Assembly (NCBI GenBank): GCA_965644315.1
Contig: CBFFRQ010000050.1
Span: 105,541 to 169,540 of the forward strand
Direction of reading: 5' to 3'
Source: Caecitellus pseudoparvulus
Lineage: Eukaryota; Protista; Bigyra: Bicosoecida
Length of the DNA stretch: 64,000 nt
The notes under the pieces were generated by a model, which had not been told where the DNA came from, ran no database searches, and saw only the letters and a program-made list of their open reading frames with translations. Below are positions 9,673-21,462 of the stretch, piece after piece. Position 1 is the first letter of the stretch, and each line of letters begins with the position of its first letter. The translations under genes and the position numbers were made by a program.

Positions 9673-11790
9673 ATGGCGAGGCAGCGCAGGCGCGCCAGCC
9701 CTGGCTTTCATGTGTGCGGAGTGCACCCGCTGTGGCCCCTCCTTGCCGCTGCGGTGGTCTTGTCCTGCATTTTCTTTACGCGAGTGTCCACCGGCCACGA
9801 GCTGCGAGTGACCGCCGGGCGCTACCAGCTGTCCATTCGAGGTCCAGCCGGGGCGAGTGAAGGGTCCCCTGGTCGTGCAGGGGAAGTGGAACGACCGAAG
9901 GAAGACGAGGAATCTGCAGTGGACCGCACCGCTCCGCCACGCGTTGCTCCTGGAGATGGGAGGCAAGTGCCAAGTGTACCGCCTGCGGAAATTGATGTGC
10001 CGGGACAGCCAGCGGCCAAAGGCGGCAACGAGCCGGAGAAGAAGATGGGGGTAGAGACGGGAGTATTGCCATCGTACATGACCACTGGAACAAGCGAAGC
10101 CTTGCAGCTGGATTGGAAGGCAGCTCTGCAGAGTGCCTTCAGTGGGCCATCGGTGCCGCTGACCCTTCCAGCGCCTGCAGCACTTGACTTGCATAGTGGC
10201 ATCCTGTCGCTGCTGCGCGTGCAGAAGACGGCCAGCAAGACAGTGCAGGCAATCTTAATGTGGATGGCGGCAGACGCGATTGGAGGATCCAAGCGCAAGA
10301 CGCGCAATGCCTGTGCTTGCAGCTACTTTTCAACGTCAGACGTGCCGGTGGCGGCAGAGGTGGAGGCTGCGTATCAGGCGGCTGACGCCGAGGGCAAGCT
10401 GGCCCTGGCGGCCAGCCCCTTCAAGGACTCACTCGGCGAGCCGGTGGTAGGCAAGCGCCCTTGGCCCGCTGAGCTGGGCTCGCGTTGGTACAAGGGCGCC
10501 CAACTGCCAGGTCGCCCCGAGCGCGCCTGTGCCAACTTTGATCCCCCCGCTCTTGCGACGAAGCACACGCACTGCCCGTTCATCCACGCCCAGCACCTGC
10601 ACATGGGCGACCTGGAGGGCGCCGTCGCCAGTCTGCGCGGGAAGGGCGGCGAGGCACACCAGATCGTGGCTGTCGTCCGGCACCCTCTGCGCCGTGTGCT
10701 GTCCGAGTTCAAGCACGTGGCGAACAACGGGCCGGGGCTGTGGGACTACTGCCACAACGTGACCGTCACGCAGCGCCTGCGCACTGGGTGGCAGACGAAG
10801 GACCGCGCGCGGGGCGTGCTGGCGGACTTCTTGGCGGTGGACGCCCACGCCTTCGGCATGCGCAACCGGCAGGCCAAGATGCTGTCTGGCCTCGTCACAG
10901 AGCCGCCGAGGCCCCTGCCTCAGGCGACCTGGGAGGGGTACACCGCGGGGGGCGCAGACTCGGACGGTTTGGCACCTCCAGGGGCGGTGCAGTCACCCGG
11001 GCAGCCAGGCCAGGCGTACGTGGCTTGGGCGGCAGACGCCTTGGCGCTGGCTCGATGGCGCCTATCCACTGCTGGCGCGGTGCTGGTGTCGGAGCGCCTG
11101 GCAGAGTCCCTGGCTGTCATGATGGTGCGGTACAAGTGGCTGCCGTTGGTGTCGGACGTGACACCGGGAACCCCCCGAGGGCCCATCGTGGAGGACCCCG
11201 AGGCGGATGCGCTCCGAGCCCTGGAGCGCATGCGGGATGAGACGCCAGACCAGTTCAAGCGTGATGAAAGGCACCGATACACGCTGGGGCTGGAGCGCGC
11301 TGGGCACCACTTTGACTACTCAGTTCACGTGGACTTCTCTTCCTGTCCAGACAGACTGAAGGCGGCGGCGGCTGCTGCAGGCACGTGGCCCGCCGCGTGG
11401 GGCGAGGAGGGGTATGAGGCACCAGAGGAGGCGCCTGCGCCCCCGGGTCAGGGCGAGGTGCCGAGTGACCTGGCAGGGTTGCCGGAGGTCAAGGCCAAGC
11501 TGACCAGCTGGGGCGTGCTGATGTGCCTGGGGTCGGCCATGGCGGAGGACATGCGTGGCATGGACGTGTCAGACAAGCGCAAGCTGCCCTTTGAAGCGGA
11601 GGGCAAGCTGAAGGACAGGCTACTCAGCTTGAACGAGCTGGATGTGGCTGTGCACGCCCACGCCCTGCGGCTGCTGGAGACCAGGGTGCAAGCCGCGAAG
11701 CGATTCCTAGCTGATGACCCCGGCTGGCTACCGGGTGCGTTGGAGTTTGGCAATGATCCTGCGCCGCCAATTCGCCCGCAGGATGAATGA
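9673..11790 (+). CDS. Type II membrane sulfotransferase, heparan-sulfate 6-O-sulfotransferase-like
   Basis: N-terminal transmembrane segment; 5'-PSB motif LRVQKTASKT; 3'-PB motif VRHPLRRVLSEFKHV; NRQAKMLSG; C-terminal LNELDVAVHAHA. All are collinear with HS6ST/Sulfotransfer_2 motifs. Confidence 0.8.
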   Translation: MARQRRRASPGFHVCGVHPLWPLLAAAVVLSCIFFTRVSTGHELRVTAGRYQLSIRGPAGASEGSPGRAGEVERPKEDEESAVDRTAPPRVAPGDGRQVPSVPPAEIDVPGQPAAKGGNEPEKKMGVETGVLPSYMTTGTSEALQLDWKAALQSAFSGPSVPLTLPAPAALDLHSGILSLLRVQKTASKTVQAILMWMAADAIGGSKRKTRNACACSYFSTSDVPVAAEVEAAYQAADAEGKLALAASPFKDSLGEPVVGKRPWPAELGSRWYKGAQLPGRPERACANFDPPALATKHTHCPFIHAQHLHMGDLEGAVASLRGKGGEAHQIVAVVRHPLRRVLSEFKHVANNGPGLWDYCHNVTVTQRLRTGWQTKDRARGVLADFLAVDAHAFGMRNRQAKMLSGLVTEPPRPLPQATWEGYTAGGADSDGLAPPGAVQSPGQPGQAYVAWAADALALARWRLSTAGAVLVSERLAESLAVMMVRYKWLPLVSDVTPGTPRGPIVEDPEADALRALERMRDETPDQFKRDERHRYTLGLERAGHHFDYSVHVDFSSCPDRLKAAAAAAGTWPAAWGEEGYEAPEEAPAPPGQGEVPSDLAGLPEVKAKLTSWGVLMCLGSAMAEDMRGMDVSDKRKLPFEAEGKLKDRLLSLNELDVAVHAHALRLLETRVQAAKRFLADDPGWLPGALEFGNDPAPPIRPQDE

Positions 11791-11903
11791 GGGCGCGATG
11801 GATTTGAATGTAGTCTGTGTCAGCCTTGAACAAGCTGTGGTGCGGCACTGCCAGTGCTCTGTGCGGACTTGCATTGGTGGTGCTGTGCGGAAATTGCTTC
11901 ACC

Positions 11904-12998
11904 ATGCTCAGCGCCTGCTCCAGGCAGCTGCCAGCGTGCTTGCAACAGGGGATCCCAGGACGAGCAACAGTGGCCAGAAGTAGCGGGGCGGCAGTGCTGC
12001 ATCTGCGTCATGCCTTCCGAACCAAGGCCCTGCAGCACTCACGGGCGTGTTTGGGCAGGCTGTACTCCCAACAACACGCCGTCACCTTCCTGCCCGTGCA
12101 ACGGCGGACATCAGCGCGTACGGTGCTGCTCGAGGAGCTCCTCTTCTGTATACTAGCCTCCCCCTTCGTTTTCTGGCTGTTCGCGCCGCGGGTGGAGGTC
12201 CCCGTCACTGGCCGCAGGCAAATCATGGCGCTGCCGCTGGGCTGGGATCACGCCATGGGCGAGGCGCTGGCAGAGTCCGCCCGTCGCGAGGCACACTTTG
12301 CTGCAGACCACGCACACCACAAGCTTGTCGTAAAGGTGGCCCGTCAACTAGCTGCGGAGGCAGACGCGATGGGCATGGGCATCACATGGCGGCTGGTCGT
12401 CGTCCCCAACGCCGAGAAGAACGCCTCCTGCGCCCCTGGCGGCCACATCACCGTGCACGAGGGCCTGCTGGACTGGATCGAGAAGGAGGTGCAAGAGGGC
12501 ACCTTTGCGGACATGGAGGCGCCCCTGGCTGCAGTGCTGGCGCACGAGATGGGCCACGCCCTGGCACGGCATGGGGCGGAGCGCCTCTCCTTCCTGCCCT
12601 TCTTCGCTCCTCTGGCCATGCTCAGCGCCTCCTCGCCCCTGCTGCCACAGCTGGTGTCTCTCTTCCTCAGCCTGCCGCACTCCCGCCTGTCCGAGGCGGA
12701 GGCTGACGAAATCGGTTTCTACCTCTTTGCACGCGGCACGCGCTTCGACCTCGAAGCGTACCCGCTCGTCTTCTCGGCGCTCTGTGGCGATGCGCCGTCG
12801 GCGGCGTGGCTGGACACGCACCCCTCTGGCCCACAGCGCCGTGCGGCGACGGCGCTGCTGTTGCCTGCCATGCGGGAGGAGCGGGAGCTGGCGTTGCAGG
12901 GGGTCACGACACACTCCCCAGTGCCGCGCGAGTCGGCTTGGGTGGCGCAGCTGTTTGGGGGCTTCCCCGATGATCCCCAGGGCGAGCAGCCCAGTTGA
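11904..12998 (+). CDS. Peptidase M48 family metalloprotease (Oma1-like)
   Basis: VEVPVTGRRQ, NASCAPGGHITVHEGLL, LAAVLAHEMGHALARH (HExxH), HSRLSEAEADEIG, WLDTHPS. Start is uncertain. Confidence 0.88.
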   Translation: MLSACSRQLPACLQQGIPGRATVARSSGAAVLHLRHAFRTKALQHSRACLGRLYSQQHAVTFLPVQRRTSARTVLLEELLFCILASPFVFWLFAPRVEVPVTGRRQIMALPLGWDHAMGEALAESARREAHFAADHAHHKLVVKVARQLAAEADAMGMGITWRLVVVPNAEKNASCAPGGHITVHEGLLDWIEKEVQEGTFADMEAPLAAVLAHEMGHALARHGAERLSFLPFFAPLAMLSASSPLLPQLVSLFLSLPHSRLSEAEADEIGFYLFARGTRFDLEAYPLVFSALCGDAPSAAWLDTHPSGPQRRAATALLLPAMREERELALQGVTTHSPVPRESAWVAQLFGGFPDDPQGEQPS

Positions 12999-13212
12999 CT
13001 GTGTTTCTTACGTTCCACGGCACTGCCCAGCGGAGGGGGGGCGTGGGCTGCTTCGCCACGCAGAGCAGTGTCCGGGTCAGCGCACAATTCAAATGCACAC
13101 ACATCCACGGTCTGCTGCGAGGCGTAGTACAAGCTACGCAACATCGGCAACCCATCCGTCGCATCGTCCTGAAAGCCGCGGGCGTGGAGCAGCATCTCTG
13201 CCAGAGCTTGAC

Positions 13213-16003
13213 ATGGCCGCTTGTGCTGCTCGCCACGCCAGCAGGGCATGGGCACCGCTGGGACGGCGGGTGGCAGCCAGTGTTCGGGGCATGGCGAGCA
13301 CATCCCAGGTGCGGGCAGGCCACGAGGTGGACGTGCCTGCGCTGGTCGCCTACCTCGCCCAGCACGTGCCTCGCATCGCCTGGGAGGGCGTGACGCTGAA
13401 GCAGTTCACGTTCGGGCAGAGCAACCCAACGTACTTGCTGCAGACGGTGGACGGCAAGCGCATCGTGCTGCGCAAGCAGCCTCCTGGCAAGTTGCTGCGG
13501 GGGGCGCACGCTGTGGACCGCGAGTTTGCAGTCATGTCGGCACTGCATGGCATCGTGCCAGTGCCCAGTCCGCTGCACCTGTGCGAGGACACGAGCCTGC
13601 TTGGCACGAAGTTCTTCCTGTACACCTTCGTGGAGGGGCAGCACCACGGGGACACCATTGCAGGGTCGCTGACAGGCCGGCAACGCGCGACAGCCCTGCA
13701 CTCCATGGCCGAGACACTCGCAGCGTGAGTGCAGCGAAGAGCCAGTGCAGCCCTGCGCGCGCACGCAGCATGGGCGTGTCCATCACAGGATTCACTGTGT
13801 GGACCCCACAGCAGTGAACATGCAATCGTTCGGTTCCAAGCCCGAGCTGTTCGTGGGGAGGCAGGTGAAGGTGAGGCTGCGCTGCGGATTTTGACCTCAC
13901 CCCGCCGAGTCTCCACACCCCTCTTGCGCCCTGTTGCAGGTGTGGACGGCACAGTACAACGCTTCAGCGACAGGTGACACTGCCATGATGGACGGTCTGG
14001 GGCAGTACTTGGCGTCTGTTGTCCCTGGTGGGTTCCTGGACGACGGCCAAGGGCCGCCCACATCTGCCAGCATCGTGCATGGCGACTACACGTTGGGGAA
14101 CTGCGTCCTGCACCCTGAGGCACACACTGTGGCGGGAGTGCTGGACTGGGAGCTGTCCACACTGGGCCACCCCCTCCTTGACCTCGCACACAATGCCCTG
14201 CCCTTCTACATTCCGCACACACCTGGCCAAGCCATCACGGGGTACCCGAAGGACGCCAACGGCCGCCCGACGCTGGAGGGCATTCCCAGCACCTCGGAGT
14301 ACCTGCAGTGGTACTTGAACGCGGTGTCTGTGCAGTGCGCCGGCACCATGGGCTGTGGCATGCAGCGCAGCATCGCCGTGGACGCGGGGGACGCCGCGCC
14401 GCGGCACTGGGACTTCTTCGTCGCCCTCGCAAGCTTCCGCGCGGCTGCCATCCTGCAGGGCGTGTACAAGCGGGCCCAGCAGGGGAACGCCTCGGCAGCC
14501 AACGCCGCCTCCGTCGGCCAGCTGGCAGCCACGTTTGCAGAGGTGGGGGCAGAGCGGGCGGCGGCCCACAAGGCGGCAGGCATGCCTCGACGTGTGCCTG
14601 TGAAGGGGGCGGCTGTGCCGGATGCTGCAGATGGCTCAGGCGGCCCTGGGGCCAGTCATGCGGTGCACCAGCAGCGCAGTGCGGAAGAGACGCTGTGTGC
14701 TGTGCAGAGCTTCATGGCAGAGCACGTCTTGCCAGCTGAGCAGACGATCCTGCACCATGGCTATTCCAAGCTGGTCGCATGTGACGGCCAGCACGCCCAC
14801 CCGCAGCTGGAGGATCTCAAGGCCAAAGCGCGAGAGGCGGGGCTGTGGAACTTGTTTCTCCCCCCCGCCGCCCTGCAGCGCGTGCAGGTGACGTTCAACG
14901 ACCTGCCTCACAGCACGCAGTCGGAGCTGGGGCTGGGCGTGGGGGGGTCAGGGCCCGTGCAGGTCGCGCCCGGCTTCACCAACGCCCAGTACGCCAGCAT
15001 GGCGGAGGCCATGGGGCAGAGCCTCGTGGGGCCCGAGGTCTTCAACTGCAGTGCCCCGGACACGGGGAACATGGAGGTGCTGGCCATGTACGGCAGCCGT
15101 GCACAACAAGAGCAGTGGCTGCTGCCGCTGCTGGCAGGCACCATCCGCAGCTGCTTCGGCATGACGGAGCCTGCTGTGGCGTCCTGCGACGCGACGAACA
15201 TGCAGGCGACGGTGCGGCAGCAGGGCGACGGGTCCCTGCTCCTGAACGGCCGCAAGTGGTGGACCAGCGGGGGCTCTGACCCCCGCGCTGCCTTCATGAT
15301 TTTCATGGGGTTGGCGGAAGAGGCGGTGGCCGCCGGCGCCCCGCCCCACGCTCGGCACAGCATGGTCATCGTGCCCATGGACGCGCCAGGCGTGCGTGTG
15401 GAGCGTGCGCTGCCGGTGTTCGGCTACGACGACGCCCCCCATGGGCATGTGGAGGTGGTGCTGGACAATGTCGTGGTGCCTGCTGACAACCTTCTCCTGG
15501 GCTCTGGGCGAGGCTTTGAGATCGCACAGGGTCGACTGGGGCCTGGGCGCATCCACCACTGCATGCGCCTCATCGGCGCTGCAGAGCGCGCTGTTCGACT
15601 GGCGGCCCAGCGTGCCACGACTCGTGTGGCATTTGGCAGCCCCATCGCCGACAAGGGCGCCTTCCGGCAGGCACTTGCGTCGGCGAGGTGCAAGGTGGAC
15701 CAGGCACGCCTGCTGACGCTGGCTGCGGCAGAGGGCGTGGACGCGGGCGGCGCAAAGAGCGCAGCCCGCCTCATCTCCCAGATCAAGGCAGTGGCGCCCA
15801 CCATGGCGTGCGAGGTGCTGGACTGGGCCATGCAGGTGCACGGTGGGGCGGGCGTGTCCAATGACACGCCGCTGGCGCACCTGTACGCTGCCGCGCGAGC
15901 GCTGCGCCTGGCGGACGGCCCTGACGAGGTGCACTTGGAGAGCATCGCCAAGCTGGAGCTGCGGGAGGCTGCAGCTCGCCAGGCGGCAGCTGAGCGCCGG
16001 TGA
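13213..16003 (+). CDS. Acyl-CoA dehydrogenase 10/11-like (APH kinase domain plus ACAD), with a mitochondrial-type presequence; 3 exons
   Basis: [82 protein letters not shown]. Introns 13725-13788 and 13871-13939 restore the frame (..AIHCVDP..RQVK|VWTAQY). Confidence 0.93.
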
Positions 16004-16047
16004 GGCAGGCACAAATGCATTGGAGAGTCAGCCCGGGGAGGGCCGCG

Positions 16048-16395
16048 TCACACGTAGATGCCAGCCCACAGCGCCAGGAACAGAGAACCAAAGCCCAGCA
16101 GGCCTGAGGCCGCAGCAGCTGCCAGCACCTCCCGGATGAAGCTGGGCTCCTTCACCGTCACCGTCTCGCCCGTGGCAGTGGACGTGTCTGTGGCCTTCTT
16201 CGTGGTCGTGACTGTCGTTCCGAAGAAGTAGAAGGCTGTGAAGGCGAATCCACCCGCAAGCAAGATGACGGCCAGGGGCAGCCACAGCGCTGGCGGGACA
16301 GGGCTTGAGTACGGCGTTTGCTGCGGGGGCACGTGGCGGTGGTTGGCGTGCCAAAATCCGCAGGCGACGCCAGCGGCCGCCTAACTCACGTCCAT
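16048..16395 (-). CDS. TMEM258: Oligosaccharyltransferase subunit TMEM258/OST5
   Basis: YSSPVPPAL...LLAGG...F..REVL.AA.AS.LLGFGSLFLALWAGIYV matches TMEM258. Exon 1 is MD, followed by intron 16389-16321 (GTGAGT...CCGCAG). Confidence 0.88.
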
Positions 16396-16682
16396 GACGA
16401 GGCGTTGGGAGGAAAACTGAGCGCAGCAAACGATGTCACGCTAGTGGTGTGAGCGGAAGAGCTTGAGCTGGCGGGAGACCTGTCGGAGGGCCAGGTGCAG
16501 TCCCAACTGGTGCTTGCAGGCTGGCTGCGGTGCCGAAATCGCAGACCAATGCTGCCGCGGCCCACTGAGAAGCATTCGCGCGCGGGCAGGGCACTGAACA
16601 AGAGAAATACATTGTGTGTGTGGCATCCCCCCGTGGCTGTCATGCCCTTCACGTGCGGGGCTGTGAGGGGGGGCACACCGCG

Positions 16683-18155
16683 CTACTTGGTGATGCGGAT
16701 CAGGCCAGCCTCCTGCAGCTTCAGCAAGTTCTCCCTCACTGTGGGGTTGCGCATGTACATGCCCAGTCGCTGGGGCTGCTGCCTGCACTCCTCCAGGACT
16801 CGCTGCATGGCCGGATCCATGAGCAGCTGCAGCACCGCCGGGTCGCTGAGCACTTGTGCCACCTCTGCGTCGTCTTTGGCGATGTCCCCCCTCCGTGCCG
16901 CCTGCGCCATAGCCTCTGCCTGCTTCTTGCGCTTCTCCGCGTCCATGCTGGTGAACTCAGCAGGCGCCGTGCCTGGCTGTGGCGCTTGTGTTCGCTTGGT
17001 GGCGCGCGCAGTCATGCCGATGCCCGGGTCAGGGGCAGTGGAAGGGGCTGGGGCGGCGGCTGCCCCCCCGCTGGAGGCCTTCTCTGCCTCGCCCAGCTTC
17101 GTGAAGTGGTCCCCCATGATGCCAAAGAACTCAGTGAGGAAGTCCCGGATCAGTCTGCGCGGCTCTCGCGAGGGGGCGACTCTGCAGCAGGGGAGGACTC
17201 GCTGGGCGGCAGGCGCGGAACGCACGGGTCAGCGGCGTACTTCGCCATGGCAGCCTCTGGCTTCGCCTGGAACTCCTGCAGAGCGGCCATGCACCTGCGC
17301 AACGCGGAAAAGGGGCAGAGTGCGCAGACTGCGCCAGGGCATGCGGTGGGGGCGGGGTAGCGCTGCACGCACTTGGGGTTGGACATGCCGGCCATGAGGC
17401 GGGGGTTGGAGAAGATGCGCTGCTGCAAGTCGGGGGTCATCCAGCTCCCACTGGCCAGCTGCTCTCCAAAGGCGCCCAGTTTCTCCTTCATGGCTGCTTG
17501 CACCTCCGGCATGGCCAGCCCAGCCTTGCTTGCCTCGGGGCTGGCACGCAGAGTGGGCACAGCTGGCGCGGGGGCGGGGGGCGGCGCGTCGGGGACGTCG
17601 AACGTCCCGTCGGCGCCCACCTCCACCACCCCAGGCTCAGCAACTGAGGGTGGCGTTGTGGGCTGCTTGGCGGCGCTGCTTGGCGTCGACGCTGGCGCTG
17701 GCGCTGGCTTGGCCGCTGCAGGCTTGGCCTGGGTTTTGGTCGGCTTGGAGAGCAGGAATCCCTTCTTGAATCCAGTCGCGAAGGATGTCTCTGCATCCTT
17801 GGCACGCTCAGCCCTTGCAGCCGCATCGTCTTCATCCTTGCTAGCGAATGCAGCGTCCATCATCTGCTGCAGGACGCTGTTGACCCCCGCATCCTCAGCT
17901 GCGTGAACGCGTGAGGGAGCGAGGTGATTTCCGCAGCTGCCCCGCCTCCTTCCGCAAAGCCTAGGGGCTCACCAGCTGGACCATGCGCACGCTTTTCCCA
18001 GTATTCTTCAGCAACTGCATGCATACGCTTGCCTGCAGGATTCAGCTTGGACAGATCCTCGCCGGCTGTGAAGGAGGGCGAAAGCAAAGCGTCATGTCCG
18101 TTGCGTCTGGCTTGCAACGCCAGGCACACGTACCTGACTTCGACGAGGCTGCCAT
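16683..18155 (-). CDS. STI1/HOP DP-domain protein, multi-exon
   Basis: WMTPDLQQRIFSNPRLMAGMSNPK..MAALQEFQAKPEAAMAKY and VLSDPAVLQLLMDPAMQRVLEEC..P..LGMYMRNP..LLKLQEAGLI are STI1-like. The 5' exons (MAASSKS|AGEDLSK..EK|PEDAGV) were inferred from GTACGT/GTGCGC donors. Confidence 0.75.
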
Positions 18156-18281
18156 GTTGGCGGAGCTTGCCAGGCAACAGCGCCAGAACAGCAAGGCACA
18201 GTCTAAAGAACTCGATACATTTCATACCATTCCCACCTCACGACGTCTGCGTTTTGTGTTCAGCCAGGAGTGTGCTTGGCT

Positions 18282-21216
18282 TCACTCATCAAGGGAGGTC
18301 AAGCCGCCGAAGCGAGTCCCACTCGCGCCCTGTGCTGCAGGAGCACGGGGCTTGGGAGACGCAGGGGGTGGCTGGGCACTTGAAGTACCGCTTGAAGGCC
18401 TGCCCGCCTCACTGCGGCTGCCTGGCGTGGCGATGGACCTGCTTGCCGAGCGCGACGGCAAGCCGGGCTGCGGCGCCTCGGGCGCGTCCAGGGCGCCTTC
18501 CTCAGCAGGAACCGACTCAGAGCGAGCCTCAGCAGGGGCCTCATCTGCCTTGGTCCGCTTGGCGTTCCGCAGCAGTGTGCCGGCCATGAGTTTGAGCGCT
18601 GAGCGGTCCAGCACCGGGCCGTCCTCTGTGTCCTCTTCGGCCTCCGTTGCGTGGGCGGCAGAGATGCCCCGCCGCACCACCGGTCGAGGGGGTCCCAGTG
18701 CCCCTGGCTCAGAGTCAGCACTCTGCCCGTGCTGGATGGGGCGTGGCACTCGGGAGTGTGTGGATGTGAAGGGGGTCTGGGCGGGAGGCAGCTTGGCAGC
18801 GCCGGTGCCGGGCACACCCTCAGCATCAGCCGGCCCACGGGGCACGCGGAGGTTGTACGGGGACAAGTACAGGCTCTCGGCCAAGTGCATGTCCAGGCGC
18901 ATGGAAGGCGGCACGGTGGACCCGGCGCCTGACTCCACGTCATCCCCCCCCTCCGGCCCATCATCCACTGACGTCCGGAGCGGGACGGCCAGGGCGTTGG
19001 GATTCTCCCCTTGCAGCGCAAAGTTGCGGCGGGTCTCCTGAATCAGCGCCGTCAAGCGCTGCACCACTGCCTCTGCCACAGTTTCGATGTCGTCGGGCGT
19101 TGACACTGCGGGTGTGGACGGCAAGCCCAGCACTCGCTCAGCAGTGCGCCCCAGTCCATCTTGCACCTGCTGCAGGTACGTGTTGACGAATTGCAGCTGC
19201 GAGCGCAGTTGTTCAGTCTCTCGCTGAGCCCGGGCCATGGCGGACTGCCTGTCCATGAGCACTTTGTTGGTGGCTCGCAGACCAGGCCCCAGCCCCAGGC
19301 TCGCCACCTCCCGCTCAAACTCCGTGAGCTTGTCTCCCAGTTTAGCGATGCGCAGTTCCTCTGCCCGCCGTCGACGCAGCAAACCACGGCGCACCTCTTC
19401 CTGTGCCGCACAGCTCGCCAATACGCCGCCTGCATCCAGCACTGGTGGGTTGAGCAGCAGGGCCAATGTGTCCAGGTCCAGCGCGCCAAGCGCGGCGGCC
19501 TCCTCCCGGCTAGGGAGCTGCAGTGCAGCTTGGTGGCGCAGCACTGCCTCATCCGCCACGATGCACTGCTCCTGCTGCCCCAAGCCGTCATACGTCTGCA
19601 CTGTGATGGTGCGAGGGGGCGGCGGCGCACGCTTCGTGGCTGCCAAGCTGCGAGGGGCCAGTGCGGGCGCCTGCGCAGCCGTTACCCGCAACAAGCCCAT
19701 GTCTCGCAACGCTTGCACAAGGGCGATTTCAGTGGTGGGGCGCCGGGTCACTGGCACTGGCAGAGCGTTGGTTTCCTGCGCTTTGCCAGGCACAGCCTCG
19801 CTTCGCGCCGTGCTCGCCCTGTCTCCACCTGCCAGGTTGGACCGTGGGCCTTGGGCGCTTCGGGGGGTGGTTCCCCGTCGGCTAGAAAGTGGCTGCAGGC
19901 GAGCCGGGCGCACTGCAGCGTGCGGGGCAGGTGCCGTGGCGGGTGAGCTGGCTGAGGGAGGCGTGTGACTGGGCCCGATGGCCTCCTGCACTCGCTTCTG
20001 CACGTCCACCGTGCTGGCTTGCTGGCGCTGGATGACGGTGCCGAGGAAATCCGAGAAGCCTTGTTTCTGGGACAGGAACGCCTTTTGCTGCTTGATCTCA
20101 GCCAGCCACACGTCCTTCACCTCGGCAGCCTCCCGCCGCACCTTAGCCAGGCGCTGCTTGGAGCCACGCAGGGCAGCCTCGGCCGCAGACCGCGTCTTGG
20201 ACAGCACCGCATGCTTGGAGCGCTCCTCCGCCAGAGCATCTTCCAGGGAGTGCAGGTGCCGCCGCAGCTGCACCGTCTCCTCCACCAAGCGGTCCAGCAT
20301 GTGGGACACGGTGGCCCCTCGCACCTGCACCTCAGCGATGGCGCCCTGCTGCTTCTCCAGCTTCCGACTCAAAGCCCCCACAAAGGCCCTCTTGTCTGTC
20401 ACAGATGCACTGGGTTTGAGGCCGTCGTGGCTCAGCGCTGTCTGGGCGTGAGCGGCGCTCTCACCGTGCAGTTGCGAGCTGGCGTCGTCCGCCTCGCCGT
20501 CAGCAAGGGAGCCCCAGTAGCCATCGCCCTTGCCGTCCACAGCGGCTGCTGCCTCCTCACCTCCTGCAATGCTGTCTAGGAACGCCTGCGGGTCCATGCC
20601 CATGGCACGGTGCTGCATGAGCAAGTCACGCAGTTTCAGTTCGCGGGCTTCCACGCCCCCCCGCGCCTGCTTCAGCTCAAACACCGCCTTGTCATGGGCG
20701 CTGCGTTCTCGGGCAAGCATGCTTTGCACGTTGGCAGCCAAGTTCGCGCTGAGCTGCGCTGCAGACTGCCGCGACTGGTCCTTGGCCTCCACCACAGTGC
20801 GGATGTTGGTTCGGGTCATGTCCTCTGCCGCGATGCTCTGGCGGTGCATGCCCTCCGTGGCGCCAGCCCATGCACTGGACTGCACCCGCCTGGCACCTGG
20901 CCGCGACCCGAAGGAAATGCCTGGGCCGGGGCTGGCCCGAGCGCCATCACCCCGCCGCTGCTGTTGCCCAGCTGAGCCAGGCGCTCGCAGACGCCCCGCA
21001 GCAGTGGACGGCTTGGTGCCCCGTGCTGGCGTGGAAATGCCTGGCAATGGTCCAGACGCGGACAGGCGTCCCTGATGTAGCCCTGTGCAGGTGCCGGTAC
21101 GAAGGTGAGGACTGGTGCCATGTCGCTGCAGGTTCAGCGGAAACTGAAGCCGACTTCTTCGGCACCGTGGCGCAGCGCACGGGAAGGGCGCAACCAGCTG
21201 GCCACTCACCGCTCAT
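18282..21216 (-). CDS. Hypothetical coiled-coil protein
   Basis: 975-aa ORF with long heptad segments. Probable first exon ATG AGC G|GTGAGT at 21216, spliced to ..GCACAG|GGCTAC near 21082. Confidence 0.7.
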
Positions 21217-21462
21217 GATACACAGGGAGTATGTGATTCGTGACAGGCCTCAGCTGCAAACCGCCTCGTGCGCGCTCTGAAGCAGCCGGCACCGGACACG
21301 TCGCTGCGACGTGGTCTGGGCTAGGGGCCGGCGAGGGCGGCAAACAGTGCACACCCGCTAAACGCATGGAGTTCTCGCGAGCACAGCAAAGAATTTTGAA
21401 TTTAGACAAACAGGGTGGGGCATTTTTGGCCGGGCGCTGGTCACAGGCACTGCCGCTGGGGC

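Noticed and set aside
14948-16012. Long antisense or overlapping ORFs (also 29930..30985, 36697..37737, 47794..49725, 51355..52638 and many short ones)
   Set aside because: Expected shadow ORFs opposite GC3-rich genes; the other strand carries clear family motifs.
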